From NCBI GenBank assembly GCA_002256025.1, contig NKIB01013326.1, forward strand, positions 1-59,572: DNA of 59,572 nucleotides. Direction: 5' to 3'. Each line of letters opens with the position of its first letter. Position 1 is the first letter of the stretch. Shown here in pieces: positions 48,141 to 59,572 of the stretch. This DNA is from Asterionella formosa. Lineage: Eukaryota. The translations under genes and the position numbers were made by a program. Below the pieces are notes generated by a model that had not been told where the DNA came from, made no database searches, and worked only from the letters and a program-made list of their open reading frames with translations.

Positions 48141-49330
48141 AGTACTACATGCAGGGATACTGGTAGGATGACCCCATCTTCAACAATGTAGAAAATAGCA
48201 AGGTGTAAAGACAGCACATTGTACCATGCTGGTTGTTCTCCATTGGCTAGATTCGTCTCCATGGAGTCAATCTCCAAAACCTGGAGAAGCAATACAAATT
48301 GGGGCTTTGCTCCTACTTTTGACTCGTCAATTATATAATAATCTTTATCGAATCGCATTGTTCCTTTTCTATTTCTAGAGTTGCTGTCATTGCTCACGCT
48401 TTCCATAAAGGTGGGGCGGTGGAAAGGTTTGGGTGTTAGTCAATTCCTTGTGAGGAAGCAGTTAAAAGAAATTTGTTAGCTTCATTCCTGTTTCAGTTCT
48501 CTATGACTGCACTTCTCATGTCAGCCGGAGAATTGGATGGTGAGTGTGGATTAGGTTAAAGATTTCTATTTTCGGCCCCCTTCTGGTGGTTCAAGTTGAA
48601 GTATCCATAATAATTGGTGATTCCAGGACTTCCAACTAATTGTTTTTGTCTTCGTCATCATAAAAAATTTATTGCTTTGAGCAGCATATCCAGCTCTGGC
48701 GAAATTTCTTCATCATTGACTTCTTTATTTATCTGTCCCCTTCTTTGTTCTTGTCAATGTTTAGCACAGCGCCGTTCTTGTATTCTTTGTTTTGCACTGT
48801 AAAAGCAATCACTATAGTAAAAAAGGCGAATTAAAAAAGCAAAAGTTATAAGTTTTGCTTACTTTGTTTCTTTTTCTGACTTGACTTTCTTCTTATCATG
48901 AATATAATTGACGATGATGCTTGTTTCGTTACAATTAAATGCCAAAAAAGATTTTTAATGATCCGCTGCTATACTAACAATCGACTGGTTAAGGTTCCTG
49001 CATTTCAACCCAACAAAGGCAAAAATTAAATAATTGCTTATGGTTGCCGAAATTCCCTGGAACTAACGAGAATTTATATGAGCCATTTTGAATTACATGA
49101 TTCCATTTGAAATATTAATATCAGTGGAAATTTGCCCGTACGTGCATAGATTCCTTTTCGAATTCGCTAAATATATAGATTTATTTTGTTCATGCGTAGA
49201 TATATACCGGTATACACTCATCTATACAGGACCGATCCACGGTTTTAATGTCATATAACCCGGCGGCTCGGCTAATATTTGAAATGCACTCAAGGAATGG
49301 TATGCGTGTGTCAAATGACAATCATCTACC

Positions 49331-51151
49331 GGCGATTCCCGCTCCAGCTATCGTCTTGCCATTCGGGTTCTTCTAAGTAATTTTTAGTCTCTAAGTAATT
49401 TAGTAATTTCTTAAGTAATTTTTATTTAAGGGCAATATGGGGCACATCGAATTTTTTGGCAATAAAATTGCCGATTTTAGCATGACAACCAGAAAAACGG
49501 TAATATGCATAGAGATGGTACAACAAGCGTAAAACACACGAGAATGATTGTAACATGCAACATCAACGAAAATTGAACATGATGTTTGGAGCAACCAAAG
49601 TATGAAATGCGATGTAATAAGTAGCATCAAATGAAAAATGGAAAAATTGTTTTGGGTTAGAAATGAAATAAAAAATAAGAGTTCCAATGGAGACGTATGC
49701 ATTGTGAATCATTGTAGTACTTACACACCAGGCAACATTGACTTTCCATCACCATATACAATCGAAGACCGAAAGAAGAAGAAAAAAAGCTCAACCCAGT
49801 GTAGACCTGCATCGTTATTTAGCGTAAATGGTCTGGTTTCTGCAACCATGCGCATCGCTGTAGTAGCCTGACACCAGCAGCAGTATTTCCGCCACATTCA
49901 TTCCTCTCCGCTGCCCACCAAACAAGCAACCCTGATCATTCCATTCTGAGTAAGCGTGATCGCCACGATGCTCCAGAACTTTTGACTCTCTCTAGCTGAG
50001 TATTCATGTAGCTTCTGATACGAACTCGTAGTAGAAATGTAGCAAAGCGCGTTAGTACAAGAAAAGCATTGCTTGGCGGCAATATTGACATCATTGTCAA
50101 TGACTATACAAATCAACAACGGCACAATACCACATCTTCAATGAGTAGTCATTGATAAATGCATTGGTTCTTATGTAAATATGCACAATCGAAACAAAAC
50201 AACAGTGTGTAACTACAAACAACGATGGAAGCGATCAAAACAAACCACGGAAGCAATAAAATCGGAAAGTCGATAAATACGATCTACAATCCACATTCAG
50301 TATTTCACTGTTGTACTCACCGATCCGCTTCAACTAGCATAACAAGCAGCAGACGATGGGATCAAAGAAAGACGAACGTTGCCTATTGCAAGCCCGAATA
50401 GAGCAAAGGCAGGCAAGATAGAGTGAGAACTATATTTGTGAGGACGAAATCGGGCATACGGTACGTAAAGTCAATGAATATGTGAACGAAATAATTCAAC
50501 ATTTCAGGTCTCGTAAAAATAATACCAAGTCTACAGAGATAATATTATAACGTGTTCAAAGAAAGCGTTAAAGCATAGCTTAAACCATGCATGGTTGTTT
50601 TTAGTACCACGAACGTATGTAGACCAGATGACTGCCGGTACCGGTAGAATATCCGTTAAGCATCATTACATACATGACCGGAGCAAAAACTTGCCACCAA
50701 CATCAGATGTGTCGATATCATCGTTCGTCCGACGAAATATGGACGATGCGACTACATGAATACCTCGAGAAGACAAGCAATCCAACAATCAACCGCATCC
50801 GTTAGGCAAAGAGTCGCTACTGGCGTCATCGCGGAACTGATTTCGCTTCAAACCGGTCATGATGGACGACGATTGGCATGGTGAAAGGTGAATTGGCGGA
50901 GTCCACTTTTCAGGAGACGAACAAAAACGAGGTGAATTCTAGATATAAATTATTAAAAACTGTATAGTATATAAAATGGTTTCCTTAAGTAGACCCCTTG
51001 CCGATTTCGGCAATCCCAGGGCTGGAAAACCGAGGGGCAATTGGCGTCTGTTGTCTTTTGGACGCCACTCGTACGGTCAACCTACTCGCGCCACCCAGCC
51101 TCGAACACATGTATACTTGCAGGCAAGAGACCACCTCGGGCGTGTATTGCC
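49331..51151. mobile_element. Non-autonomous about 1.82-kb TIR element, copy B (GGCAATWCMC family), nested in the Kolobok-like element
   Basis: Direct repeat of 20449-22298. Termini GGCGATTCCCGC / GCGTGTATTGCC. Absent from the sister host copy at about 57550-57580. Confidence 0.85.
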
Positions 51152-51329
51152 TTCAGTACTACCCGCAGTGGATATGGTACCGGCATACCGGCGATCACCC
51201 AATAAAATTTTAAATGTGTATCCAGTGTGGCTGGTGTGGGTTTGCAAAGCCTCGCAAACCGGGCCAATCAAGTATCGGTAAGTAATTGAACTTGACCAAT
51301 CAAAATATTTATAGTGAAGCGGACACTTT

Positions 51330-52144
51330 GGCCGTTGCTAACCGTTGACCCAAACCAAAACCCAAAAACTTATTTTTGGGCTGGTTTTGGTTTTGGTCAA
51401 CTGAAGCAAAAACGATGCTATCGGTTTTTGGGAAATCCTAAATGTTGTCAACCACCCATTTACTGTGACACAGGATGACAAAACCATTATAAAAAAAGTA
51501 TAATATTTCTATTAGACTATTCTTACAAATGAAATATTATAATTCCTATTTGGGAATTAGTTAGTTTTCCCCGCAATTTACCGGTATTGCCGTAAATAGT
51601 TATTCCCGGCCACACTTCTTCATGATGAAATACAACTGACAGCAGTTTCAGCAACCCAGACAGAATTGAATGCCGCTATCTCGACCATCACACCAGCAGG
51701 ACTGAATCTAAAGGAAGTTATCACCGGCACCCTTCTTGACAAAGTTATTTAATTCAGTAACAAAGAGGATTCAACGAATGGCATCAATCGCGATCAGATG
51801 GGTCGCCAACGGAAGGAATCGGCGCTGTGGGCAATAGCGCAAAATAAAAGGTATACAGCAGGACTTCTTGTGGCGGCTGGACGCCTTAAACTGGGAACGG
51901 AGGCACTGGACGATATGACTAGGATGAAAAGAAGAGCAGAGGAGAAGGAGAGTGAGAAAGCGAATAAGAAAGTTATGGATTACACAGCAGCATTGAACAA
52001 GATGCAAGAGATCAGAGCGCTTAACAAACAGGAACACGAATGCACCTTTGTGTTGGGTTTTTCACTCCCGATAACGTCGTTATTAGGGTTACCAAAACCA
52101 AAACACTGTTTGGTTTGCGTTTTGGTCCACCATTAGCAACGGCC
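51330..52144. mobile_element. 815-bp PIF/Harbinger-type non-autonomous element
   Basis: TIR GGCCGTTGCTAA...TTAGCAACGGCC with subterminal ACCAAAACC repeats. Flanks TTT/TTA, and the empty site in the sister element reads GTAC-TTA-CAATGG, indicating a TTA TSD. Contains a coiled-coil ORF fragment (51798-52040). Confidence 0.82.
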
Positions 52145-53436
52145 TTACAATGGAAATTTCTGTAGAGAAGATTGTAGAACGAAAAATTGAATCACAAGAC
52201 TTCAAGTCCAATGATGACGTTTCCGCGATTATTGATTCTGATCCCGACGTTTTGGAGACCGTTGAAAAGGCCAATATTGTCGAATTTTTGAACCACGATA
52301 ATTCAACTTTGGCAGGGTTTTAAAGAAGAGTTAAAGACATAGGTAATCTTCATATAGCCCCAGAAAAAAATTCGGCGAGATAGTGCAGAAAGGTTCTTCG
52401 GTTTTTTAACTAGGCCAAATAAACGAGTTGGCCCGGTAAAATCCACTATTTTCAGCATAGTCAAAAAACCGAAGTTCCTTTCTGCACTTTCTCGACCGAT
52501 TCTATATCCTGACGATATGGAAAGGGTGAATATTGGTGAAATTTTCGTTTAGCGATAAACATTTATGTTTTACTCCTAAGAAGTGTTTGTTTGAGTACTC
52601 TGACTCAATCTTAATTTTTAACCCTACCTCTAATCTAGGGTTAAAATGTTGGAACCTTAAAACACTTTTTCGCCAAGTATAAAGGCGAGTCTACAGACGA
52701 TTATTACAGTACTGCGTCGATGACCACAGAATTAAGTGGTATCATCAGCAAATAAAAGCTATCATATGTCCATGATGCATCATAGGATTGTGATCATCTG
52801 ATCATACCTTTTCATTTTATCATCTAATAATTTTGATAAATGCCCTTGTAATCTAAATAGTAGCCCTTTTGACTACACATATTTAATTATTATATGTATT
52901 GTTTCCATTAGATTCCTGTCTTCGAATTTCTTGGTAGGATAATGTACCAGCTCAAGTAATGTAATTTGGCTCATCATTTCCATCCGTCATCACTCCGACT
53001 TTTGCAACAACAACGAAATACTAGCGATGACAAGCGGAATGAATGATTGCGATAACGTCTTCAATTGTTGGTCAAGTGATCATTAAATCTTTGAGTAATC
53101 TTCATGTGCAGTGAGCCTTTGTTCATAATCATTCAATTAAGAGTTTACAGAGAAATAATCATTCGAACTCGCAATGGTTCCGCACACAGCACACATGGCA
53201 AATCCATTTCGTCAACCACCAGCATTACAATCTCGCCAATCAACCGGTAAACAAACACATTCTACTTGTTCTCGTTGACATTTTCAATTCTCACATGACA
53301 CTTCATCTACTATTGAGATTCAGCATAGAAGGAGATACGAAAATGTGCGTTACAGACTACTGTCCACATAGCTATAATTATAGAATGATTCTGATTACAA
53401 TTTCATTTTCATGTCGCTCGTTTCTGCACTTGGCAT

Positions 53437-53908
53437 GTTGCACTTGTATTTACTATTGAACTTGTCCGCATCTTTGATACCATCAAGAGAGCGAAAGCAA
53501 GTGGCTCTCTTCATTGTTGTTTTCTTGTAGGAAAAATTTGATATCTGATATCTGCATCATCATTTGCTTGTTGGAACTGTCCGTTGCCTCAAACCTGCTT
53601 GGCGTGTGCGTACACACACTGTCGACTTGTTTTCATTGGTATGTTGTTCCTGTATTCACTGTTGAACATGTACGCATCTCTGTCACCATCAATAGAGCGA
53701 CAAGTAGGTCTCTGGTTCATTAGTGTTTGCTCCTGGAAAATTCGGTGTCCATGTCATCCTGATCGATAGAGGGACAAGTGTCCTTCATCATTGCGGTTTG
53801 CCGCTGGAAAAATTGGTACCCGTGGTATCGTCATTTGCTCGTTGGAACGACTTTCCGTTGCCTCAAACCTGATTAGCGTGTGTGTACGTGGTACACTGTC
53901 GACTTGTG
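53437..53908. repeat. Degenerate tandem duplication (about 200-270 bp units)
   Basis: TCCGTTGCCTCAAACCTG.TT.GCGTGTG.GTAC...ACACTGTCGACTTGT and the upstream TTGAAC.TGT.CGCATCT..ACCATCAA.AGAGCGA each occur twice. Confidence 0.8.
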
Positions 53909-54342
53909 TACATTACGGGAGTGACTTAGCTACTAAAGTGCGTGTTAAAATATCATACTCCTTAGTACGATGCAGAATACAGTTCCCAATCAACATTGAA
54001 TGATTGGTTACCATCAGACCAGTTGCACCTCCACAAGCGCCATAAAAAGCTCCGTGTTTCCCTTCCATTGTTTTACATCATAGTCTTCTGGCTCTCTAAC
54101 GACTTTCCAAATGGCATTTCTTGAATTTTATGGAAAGGATTAATCAAACAAAAAAGTGACTTACAAGAAATGTGACATACTTCCGTCGTTTACACTACAT
54201 GACTTTATGTTTTCGGAAAAGAAGATGAAGAAACTTATGCAATCAATCGAAGATTCCTTTGAATACACTCAAAGATCAGATGAATTTGAACAGATTCAAA
54301 ATACTCCAGAAAAGATAATGAATCAAGTATGCTGATTCAATA

Positions 54343-55816
54343 GTGGAAGAGATTGAAAAGAAGGAAAGATTGCTTTCGAAGCGGAAACCCCAAGAGTTGT
54401 TCTTCGCAAATGAAGACTCTATTCCTACAGAGTCACAGTTCGATCCAGTGTCGCATTTTTCTCGTTCTCCTGAAATCGCTGATCATGAAAAAGAAGTCAG
54501 TGATTCTCATTCATTTGATAAACAGCCAAGTTCATGCGAAGAATGAAAATACCGGCGGAAATGTGGGAGACATCACTTCTAAAGAAGAAATGGTTTAAAA
54601 GTTGCAAAACCAAGAAAATTTTCTCACTATTCGTCCAGAACATCATGAAAGCAGAGAAACTATTGCATTTCTAAAAGAACAGATATTCAAGAAAAAGTTC
54701 GAGCTAGATCAAGACCTCGAATTCAAGAAGATCAATGCATACAGAGATGTGACGCTGGCTAAGGCAGTTGATGCACTGAGTCGGGAACTAAGTCAGAAAC
54801 ACAAAATTGAATCTTTTTCCAAATCATACATGGAAGAAAAATAATTTCTTTGTAAAATTATCGAGAACAATCCCGAAGGCAGCTACTTTTGTGAAGAGTC
54901 GGCATGTGATATGCGTAGAGTTATTATGCCAAAGCAAACGGCTTTTTCTTTGTTGAGTTTGACGAAAACGCATGGACAACTAAAATTGTGGAAAGATTTG
55001 TACACACGTACCCCACAAGAAATATGCAATTACGCCGCTGTATTTTATGGAGTCAAAAGTATCCAAAAATCATCTTCAGATTTTAAAGATCTTGCATATT
55101 GGGACCTTGAAACAATTACCTCTATGATCCATTATATAACTCATGAACTTCATCCAAGTGATGTAAAGCAAGGTTATATTTGATCTGGATGAGAACCCAG
55201 AAAAGGGTAATAACAATCCATATATATACCAAGGTGATTGTCATCCACTTCATCACGAAAGTAACTATGTGCAAATTGTGTATTGCAAAAGATCAGATGA
55301 GGAGGAAAACAATCATTTTGTGCATTATCTTTTTGCTATAAATGATGAATTATGTCAAGTCCGCAATCCAGGAAACGATGCAAGTTTGGATGAATGTTTG
55401 GATCAAGTATTTCACCTTGCCCGTAAGTACTGCATCATCTCTGGATTCACCAAACAATTGGAATTGTTATGCACTGATAGAGGATATCTTCCACAAGAAT
55501 CCCATACACATTGGTTTATCGGAATCTTTCTATACTGGCACCAAAGCAGGCACCATTGCAGATCAGTATGGCCACTGAACATGATTCCATGTTATATCAA
55601 CCAGAAGATGATAGTGGATGGTCATGTGGACCATTTACAATTGTGAAAGTATTGGAAACTCTATTGCAACTAGAAAGGAATGGCAAAACCAAATTTCTTG
55701 GCAACCGGGCACAATTCCGTTTGGAGACGGAGTCCTGGAAAGTTTTAAAACTTCAGGTGCGTGGTAGCAACAGGTTCCATTACACTTTTTGCATAAAAGT
55801 GTCCGAAAATGCATAA
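54343..55816 (+). pseudogene. Decayed ORF ending in a Ulp1/C48-like cysteine protease domain (probably TE cargo)
   Basis: Chain of same-strand ORF fragments with NNHFVHYLF (His) and YQPEDDSGWSCGPF (Gln/Cys motif). Confidence 0.5.
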
Positions 55817-56821
55817 TGAGTTAGTCGGGGGAACTCGGGATTATTTTTTTTGACTAAACTTGTAGCAAATCAATATTTATTTCTATCAATGATAGAAACT
55901 TTTCCTAACTAAATTTTCAATGACTCTTTTCACTTAGTAACATGATAATGGAAAAACAATAAAAAAAATTGTAATACTGTACATTTTGTTAAGAAATCGG
56001 ATGCCTAATGTATCAGATGAACTTAGCTTTTCGACATGGTACACATCATACATACAACAAACCTCGTAAATACTTTGTACATATTGTATGTATAGCGTTA
56101 AATATTTTACATGCTTGGCATGCATAATACTGGGTACCAGATACCATCAGGCAGTACTTGCATGTGTGTTTGTATAGCTGCCTGTGGTATGGGGTCGATG
56201 AGACAGCAACTCCATCTTTACCATGACGAAATTATGGAGTTGAATATCTTCAAGAAAAATTACAATGAACAATTCCTCTTTCGCAGGTGTATGTAGACTA
56301 ACATAGACGAGATTATCGTTGAATAATAAAATTTTTTGTACTTGTATTGACAACAAAAAGTTAAAATCGGCGCTGGAAGTTGTTTCTGGTCGTCATTTGC
56401 TCAGTTTTGAAGATATGACCAAAGTAGCAACAGTTTTGAGTCCGCGGTGAATAGCTTGATAACTTTGTGTAGATAAGGTTTTCTATGTTTTGTAGAAATG
56501 GATGAGAAAACCTGAGCGACAGTATTCTCGGAGAGGGTACAACATTTTCAAGATGCAACAAATTCCTCTATGTCAATTTTGTAGTGACTTTCATGTACAC
56601 ACTAATTGTCATGGTTCCTATTTCTATGGAATCTTGAGTCGGGGGTTAAATATAGTCAGAAATGCGATATCTACTATGTTTACATGGTTCATAATGCATT
56701 AGTTTATCGTTTACACAATTACTGCTATTTCCTGGTAGTAGAGTACATGACAATCATGAGTGCCTTCTGAACCTGAATACCGGTACTTTGAATCCGTTTT
56801 GAAGGATGACGACTGGATTAA

Positions 56822-58061
56822 GGTTGCTGCATTTGAACCCCTAGCTCGAGGTAGGGTTAACAAAATAATATTGAGTCACCCTAATCAAACACATACTTTT
56901 CACATACAAATCAAATATGTATAATGCTCAACGGAGCTTTCACCAATACACACCCTTTCCATATTCTTAAATACAGTCTTCGGACAAAGGAGGGGTGTAG
57001 GTTCACTCTATAAATCGTCAGTATATAGGATCTGGTCAGAAACTGCAGAAAGGAACTTCGGTTTTTTAACTAGGCTAAAAAAACTCGAAACTTCGGGGGA
57101 AATCTGTTTATTTGGCATAGTAAAAAAACCGAAGTTCCTTTCTGCAGTTTCTCGCCAGAAGTTATAAACTGATGCTATTTGAAAGTTACCTATGTATCTA
57201 AATCGCCGTCAGACCCAGCCAACGTTTAGCTATTGTCGTCCAAAAACTCGACAAAATCGGCCTTTTCTACGGTCGGCGAAAAATATCGGAATCAGAATTA
57301 TTAAGTGCCGAAACGTCATCATTGGAATGGCTGTCGTGTGCCGGAAATTTTAGTCCTAAAATCTCCTGTCCGAAAAATTCCATTGTAAGTACCCGCTTCC
57401 ACATATATAATATGATTGGTGAACGTGAATTGCATTCCTCTGTTTGATTGGCCTGGTTTGCGAGGTCTTGCAAACCCACGCCGGCTACATTGTATAAACA
57501 TGTAATCTTTTCTTCGGTGTACTGACAGTCCGGTTCTATATTCTCGACGGGTACCAGGGTACCAGGTACCCTGGTACCAGTAGACGATCATCATTGGACA
57601 TACACGTTCCGCTACTTGAGTGCACTTTCAAATATTTGCCGAGCCGCCGGGTCGTATACATGACCCATAGTCGTCGATCGGAGTATAGATTGCAGTACTG
57701 GTGTATGCACATTAAGCGATGTAGAACCTAAATATATATACATATACTAAACGATTTGAATATGTCGAACGGATTCAATGCATAGCATATAAAATCGTTA
57801 ATGGGAGTATAGAGTGTCCATGCATACTTGTTGATCGTATTTTCAGCATATAAATACATTCGGCGACTAAGAGTGTCAATATATATATTTAGCGATTTTG
57901 ACAAGGAATCTATGTACGTATTCGCAAATTTCCAATGATTCAAATATTTCAAATGGAATCACGTCATTCAAAAATAGCTAATTAAATTCTTAATTCCAGG
58001 GAATTTTCGCAACCCTAAGCAATATTTTAATTTTTGCCCAGGGGTTCAAAATGCAGCAACC
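56822..58061. mobile_element. Non-autonomous 1.24-kb TTAA-TSD TIR element (Kolobok-like), copy 2, intact
   Basis: TTAA(56818-21)-GGTTGCTGCATTTGAACCCCT ... AGGGGTTCAAAATGCAGCAACC-TTAA(58062-65). RR...YY termini with a TTAA TSD fit Kolobok better than piggyBac (CCY termini). Confidence 0.9.
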
Positions 58062-58065
58062 TTAA

Positions 58066-58088
58066 ATAGGGTAGAAAATGCAGCAACC
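58066..58088 (-). mobile_element. Additional right TIR of the GGTTGCTGCATTT family
   Basis: ATAGGGTAGAAAATGCAGCAACC followed by TTA. Confidence 0.75.
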
Positions 58089-58091
58089 TTA

Positions 58092-59572
58092 GGGTCGTTC
58101 TTATCATTTTCGATTTGGTATCATTTTTTTTGAAAAAGTATCATGTAACGGCTACTCGATTTAAACCGGAAAAATCCATTCTCCACAAAAATAAAAATGA
58201 AATTGTATCACCCAAAAAGTATCACGAAAATCCAACGGTTACGGGCTGGCTACAATCATGTGCATATCCCTCCAGGCTTCCCTCCAGATTATTTCGATAA
58301 TTTTCCATTACTAAAACCATGTAGGAAAACTTCGCGTATTATGTAGCAGTATGGAATATATAGCTGACATACCTGCTAAATTCTTGATTTGCTATGATGA
58401 GTCAACACAGACATGCAAGATCGTCTATACACTTCTTCTTACACTTCCACTTGCCATCATCCCCTTATAGTTAACAAGCAAACAGCACCATGTCATCATT
58501 GTCAGTGCACAATGGCGAACAAGTGGATCAACATTGGACTGAAGAAGGTGCTGTGAATATCAACGATGGCAATGATGATGATGGTAATGATGTCATCAGT
58601 AATCAATTTTTTGATAATGAAAACAACCATCAATTCTTTGATTACGATGACCATGATCAATTCTTTATCCTTTGTCATCTGGATCTGGAGGCTGAAACGA
58701 AAGTTAAAGAGAGGAAGGCGAAATGGGAGCATGAGAGAATGTCATGGCATTCTCATGTCAAGAAGCTGTTTCATGAGGACGCTTTTGAAAAGACTTATAG
58801 GATGTCCCTTCGAGCCTTTAAGAAGTTGGTTTACTTGCTGGAGAGTGATGTCATTGGGAATTTCTCCAAGTGCGGTACAGCTACTCCCATTTACCCAGAA
58901 ATTGTGCTGGCCATTGGCATTCGATGGTTGGCTGGAGGCAGCTGCATTGACATTCGTCATGCCTATGGATGTAGCATAGCTTCAATCCATAGATGCCGAG
59001 ATTTATTTCTTGAAGCCGTGCTTAACTGTGATTATCTGAAAATTATATTTCCTAAAACAAGGAGTGATTTGGTGAAATTGGCTATAGCCTTTGAACAAAA
59101 GAAGGGTTGATCAGAGGGTTTGTTGGTGCTAGTGATGGCTTTTTAGCCACAATTAGTCGCCCCACGCTACGTGACTGTGGAAACAATCCAGGAGCTTTAT
59201 ATTCTGGACATTACATGATTTATGGTATCAATGTTCAGGCTATCTGTGATGTTGAGATTAGATTTATATTTTTTGGGGTGATTGCTCCTGGACGATGCAA
59301 TGATCAAGTTGCATTTGAGAGAACTGCTCTACCCAACAAAACTGCATTATTTGATTCTGGTTTTTATCTTGTTGGTGATGCAGCATATACATTGTCAGAT
59401 GTCATGTTAGTTCCATTTGTTGGTTCTCAGCGTGATGACCAAACACAAGATGCCTATAATTTCTTTCTTTCCCACCAGCTACGGATTAGGATAGAGATGG
59501 CATTTGGTTTGTTACAGACAAAATGGGCTGTTCTAAAAAGAAACTTAACAACTGGCTTGGAAACAACTGCAA
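58092..59572 (+). mobile_element. PIF/Harbinger element with decayed HARBI1-like transposase (from 58490, runs off the window)
   Basis: FEKTYRMSLRAFKKL, LAIGIRWLAGGS, GFVGASDG, FYSGHYMIYGINVQAICD, LVGDAAY, AYNFFLS, RIRIEMAFGLLQTKW. Frame breaks near 59105 and 59475. Candidate left end TTA|GGGTCGTTC at 58092. Confidence 0.9.

Larger units (their letters stand above)
48993..52656. mobile_element. Non-autonomous TTAA-TSD TIR element (Kolobok-like), copy 1, carrying two nested insertions
   Basis: TTAA(48989-92)-GGTTCCTGCATTTCAACCC ... GGGTTAAAATGTTGGAACC-TTAA(52657-60). Segments 48993-49330, about 51160-51329 and 52145-52656 align with the reverse complement of 56822-58061. Confidence 0.85.

Noticed and set aside
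50987..51151. SRP RNA, or hammerhead/HDV ribozyme
   Set aside because: CCCAGGGCTGGAAAACCGAG only superficially resembles SRP helix 8, lies on the strand disfavoured by wobble pairs and is not conserved in the 33.8-kb copy. I could not build a CUGANGA/GAAA core or an HDV double pseudoknot.

Overview
Eukaryotic nuclear DNA, most likely a diatom or related stramenopile (short GT-AG introns, an LCIB/theta-type carbonic anhydrase, CoDi-like Copia motifs, a diatom-style membrane kinase and LRR protein). A compact block of host genes at about 7.3-20.1 kb (hypothetical protein, membrane-anchored kinase, APH-like phosphotransferase, SET protein, GT11-like glycosyltransferase, TYW3-Kelch, tail-anchored protein) and two isolated genes (LRR protein, theta-CA) sit in a dense field of decayed transposons. 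These include two Ty1/Copia remnants, two distinct intron-containing tyrosine-recombinase (Crypton-like) families, mariner, pogo, Sagan-like, piggyBac-like, Ginger/KRBA2-like and Harbinger remnants, and several non-autonomous TIR elements whose ends and nesting can be read from the sequence. Most notable: (i) the two YR families; (ii) a GGCAATWCMC-TIR family with a conserved strand-biased rod structure whose three free termini all abut GGTACC islands; (iii) a TTAA-TSD Kolobok-like family with a large internal palindrome, whose outermost TIRs bracket about 20 kb including an apparently tail-anchored theta-CA. All calls come from by-eye motif recognition and alignment; no database searches were run.
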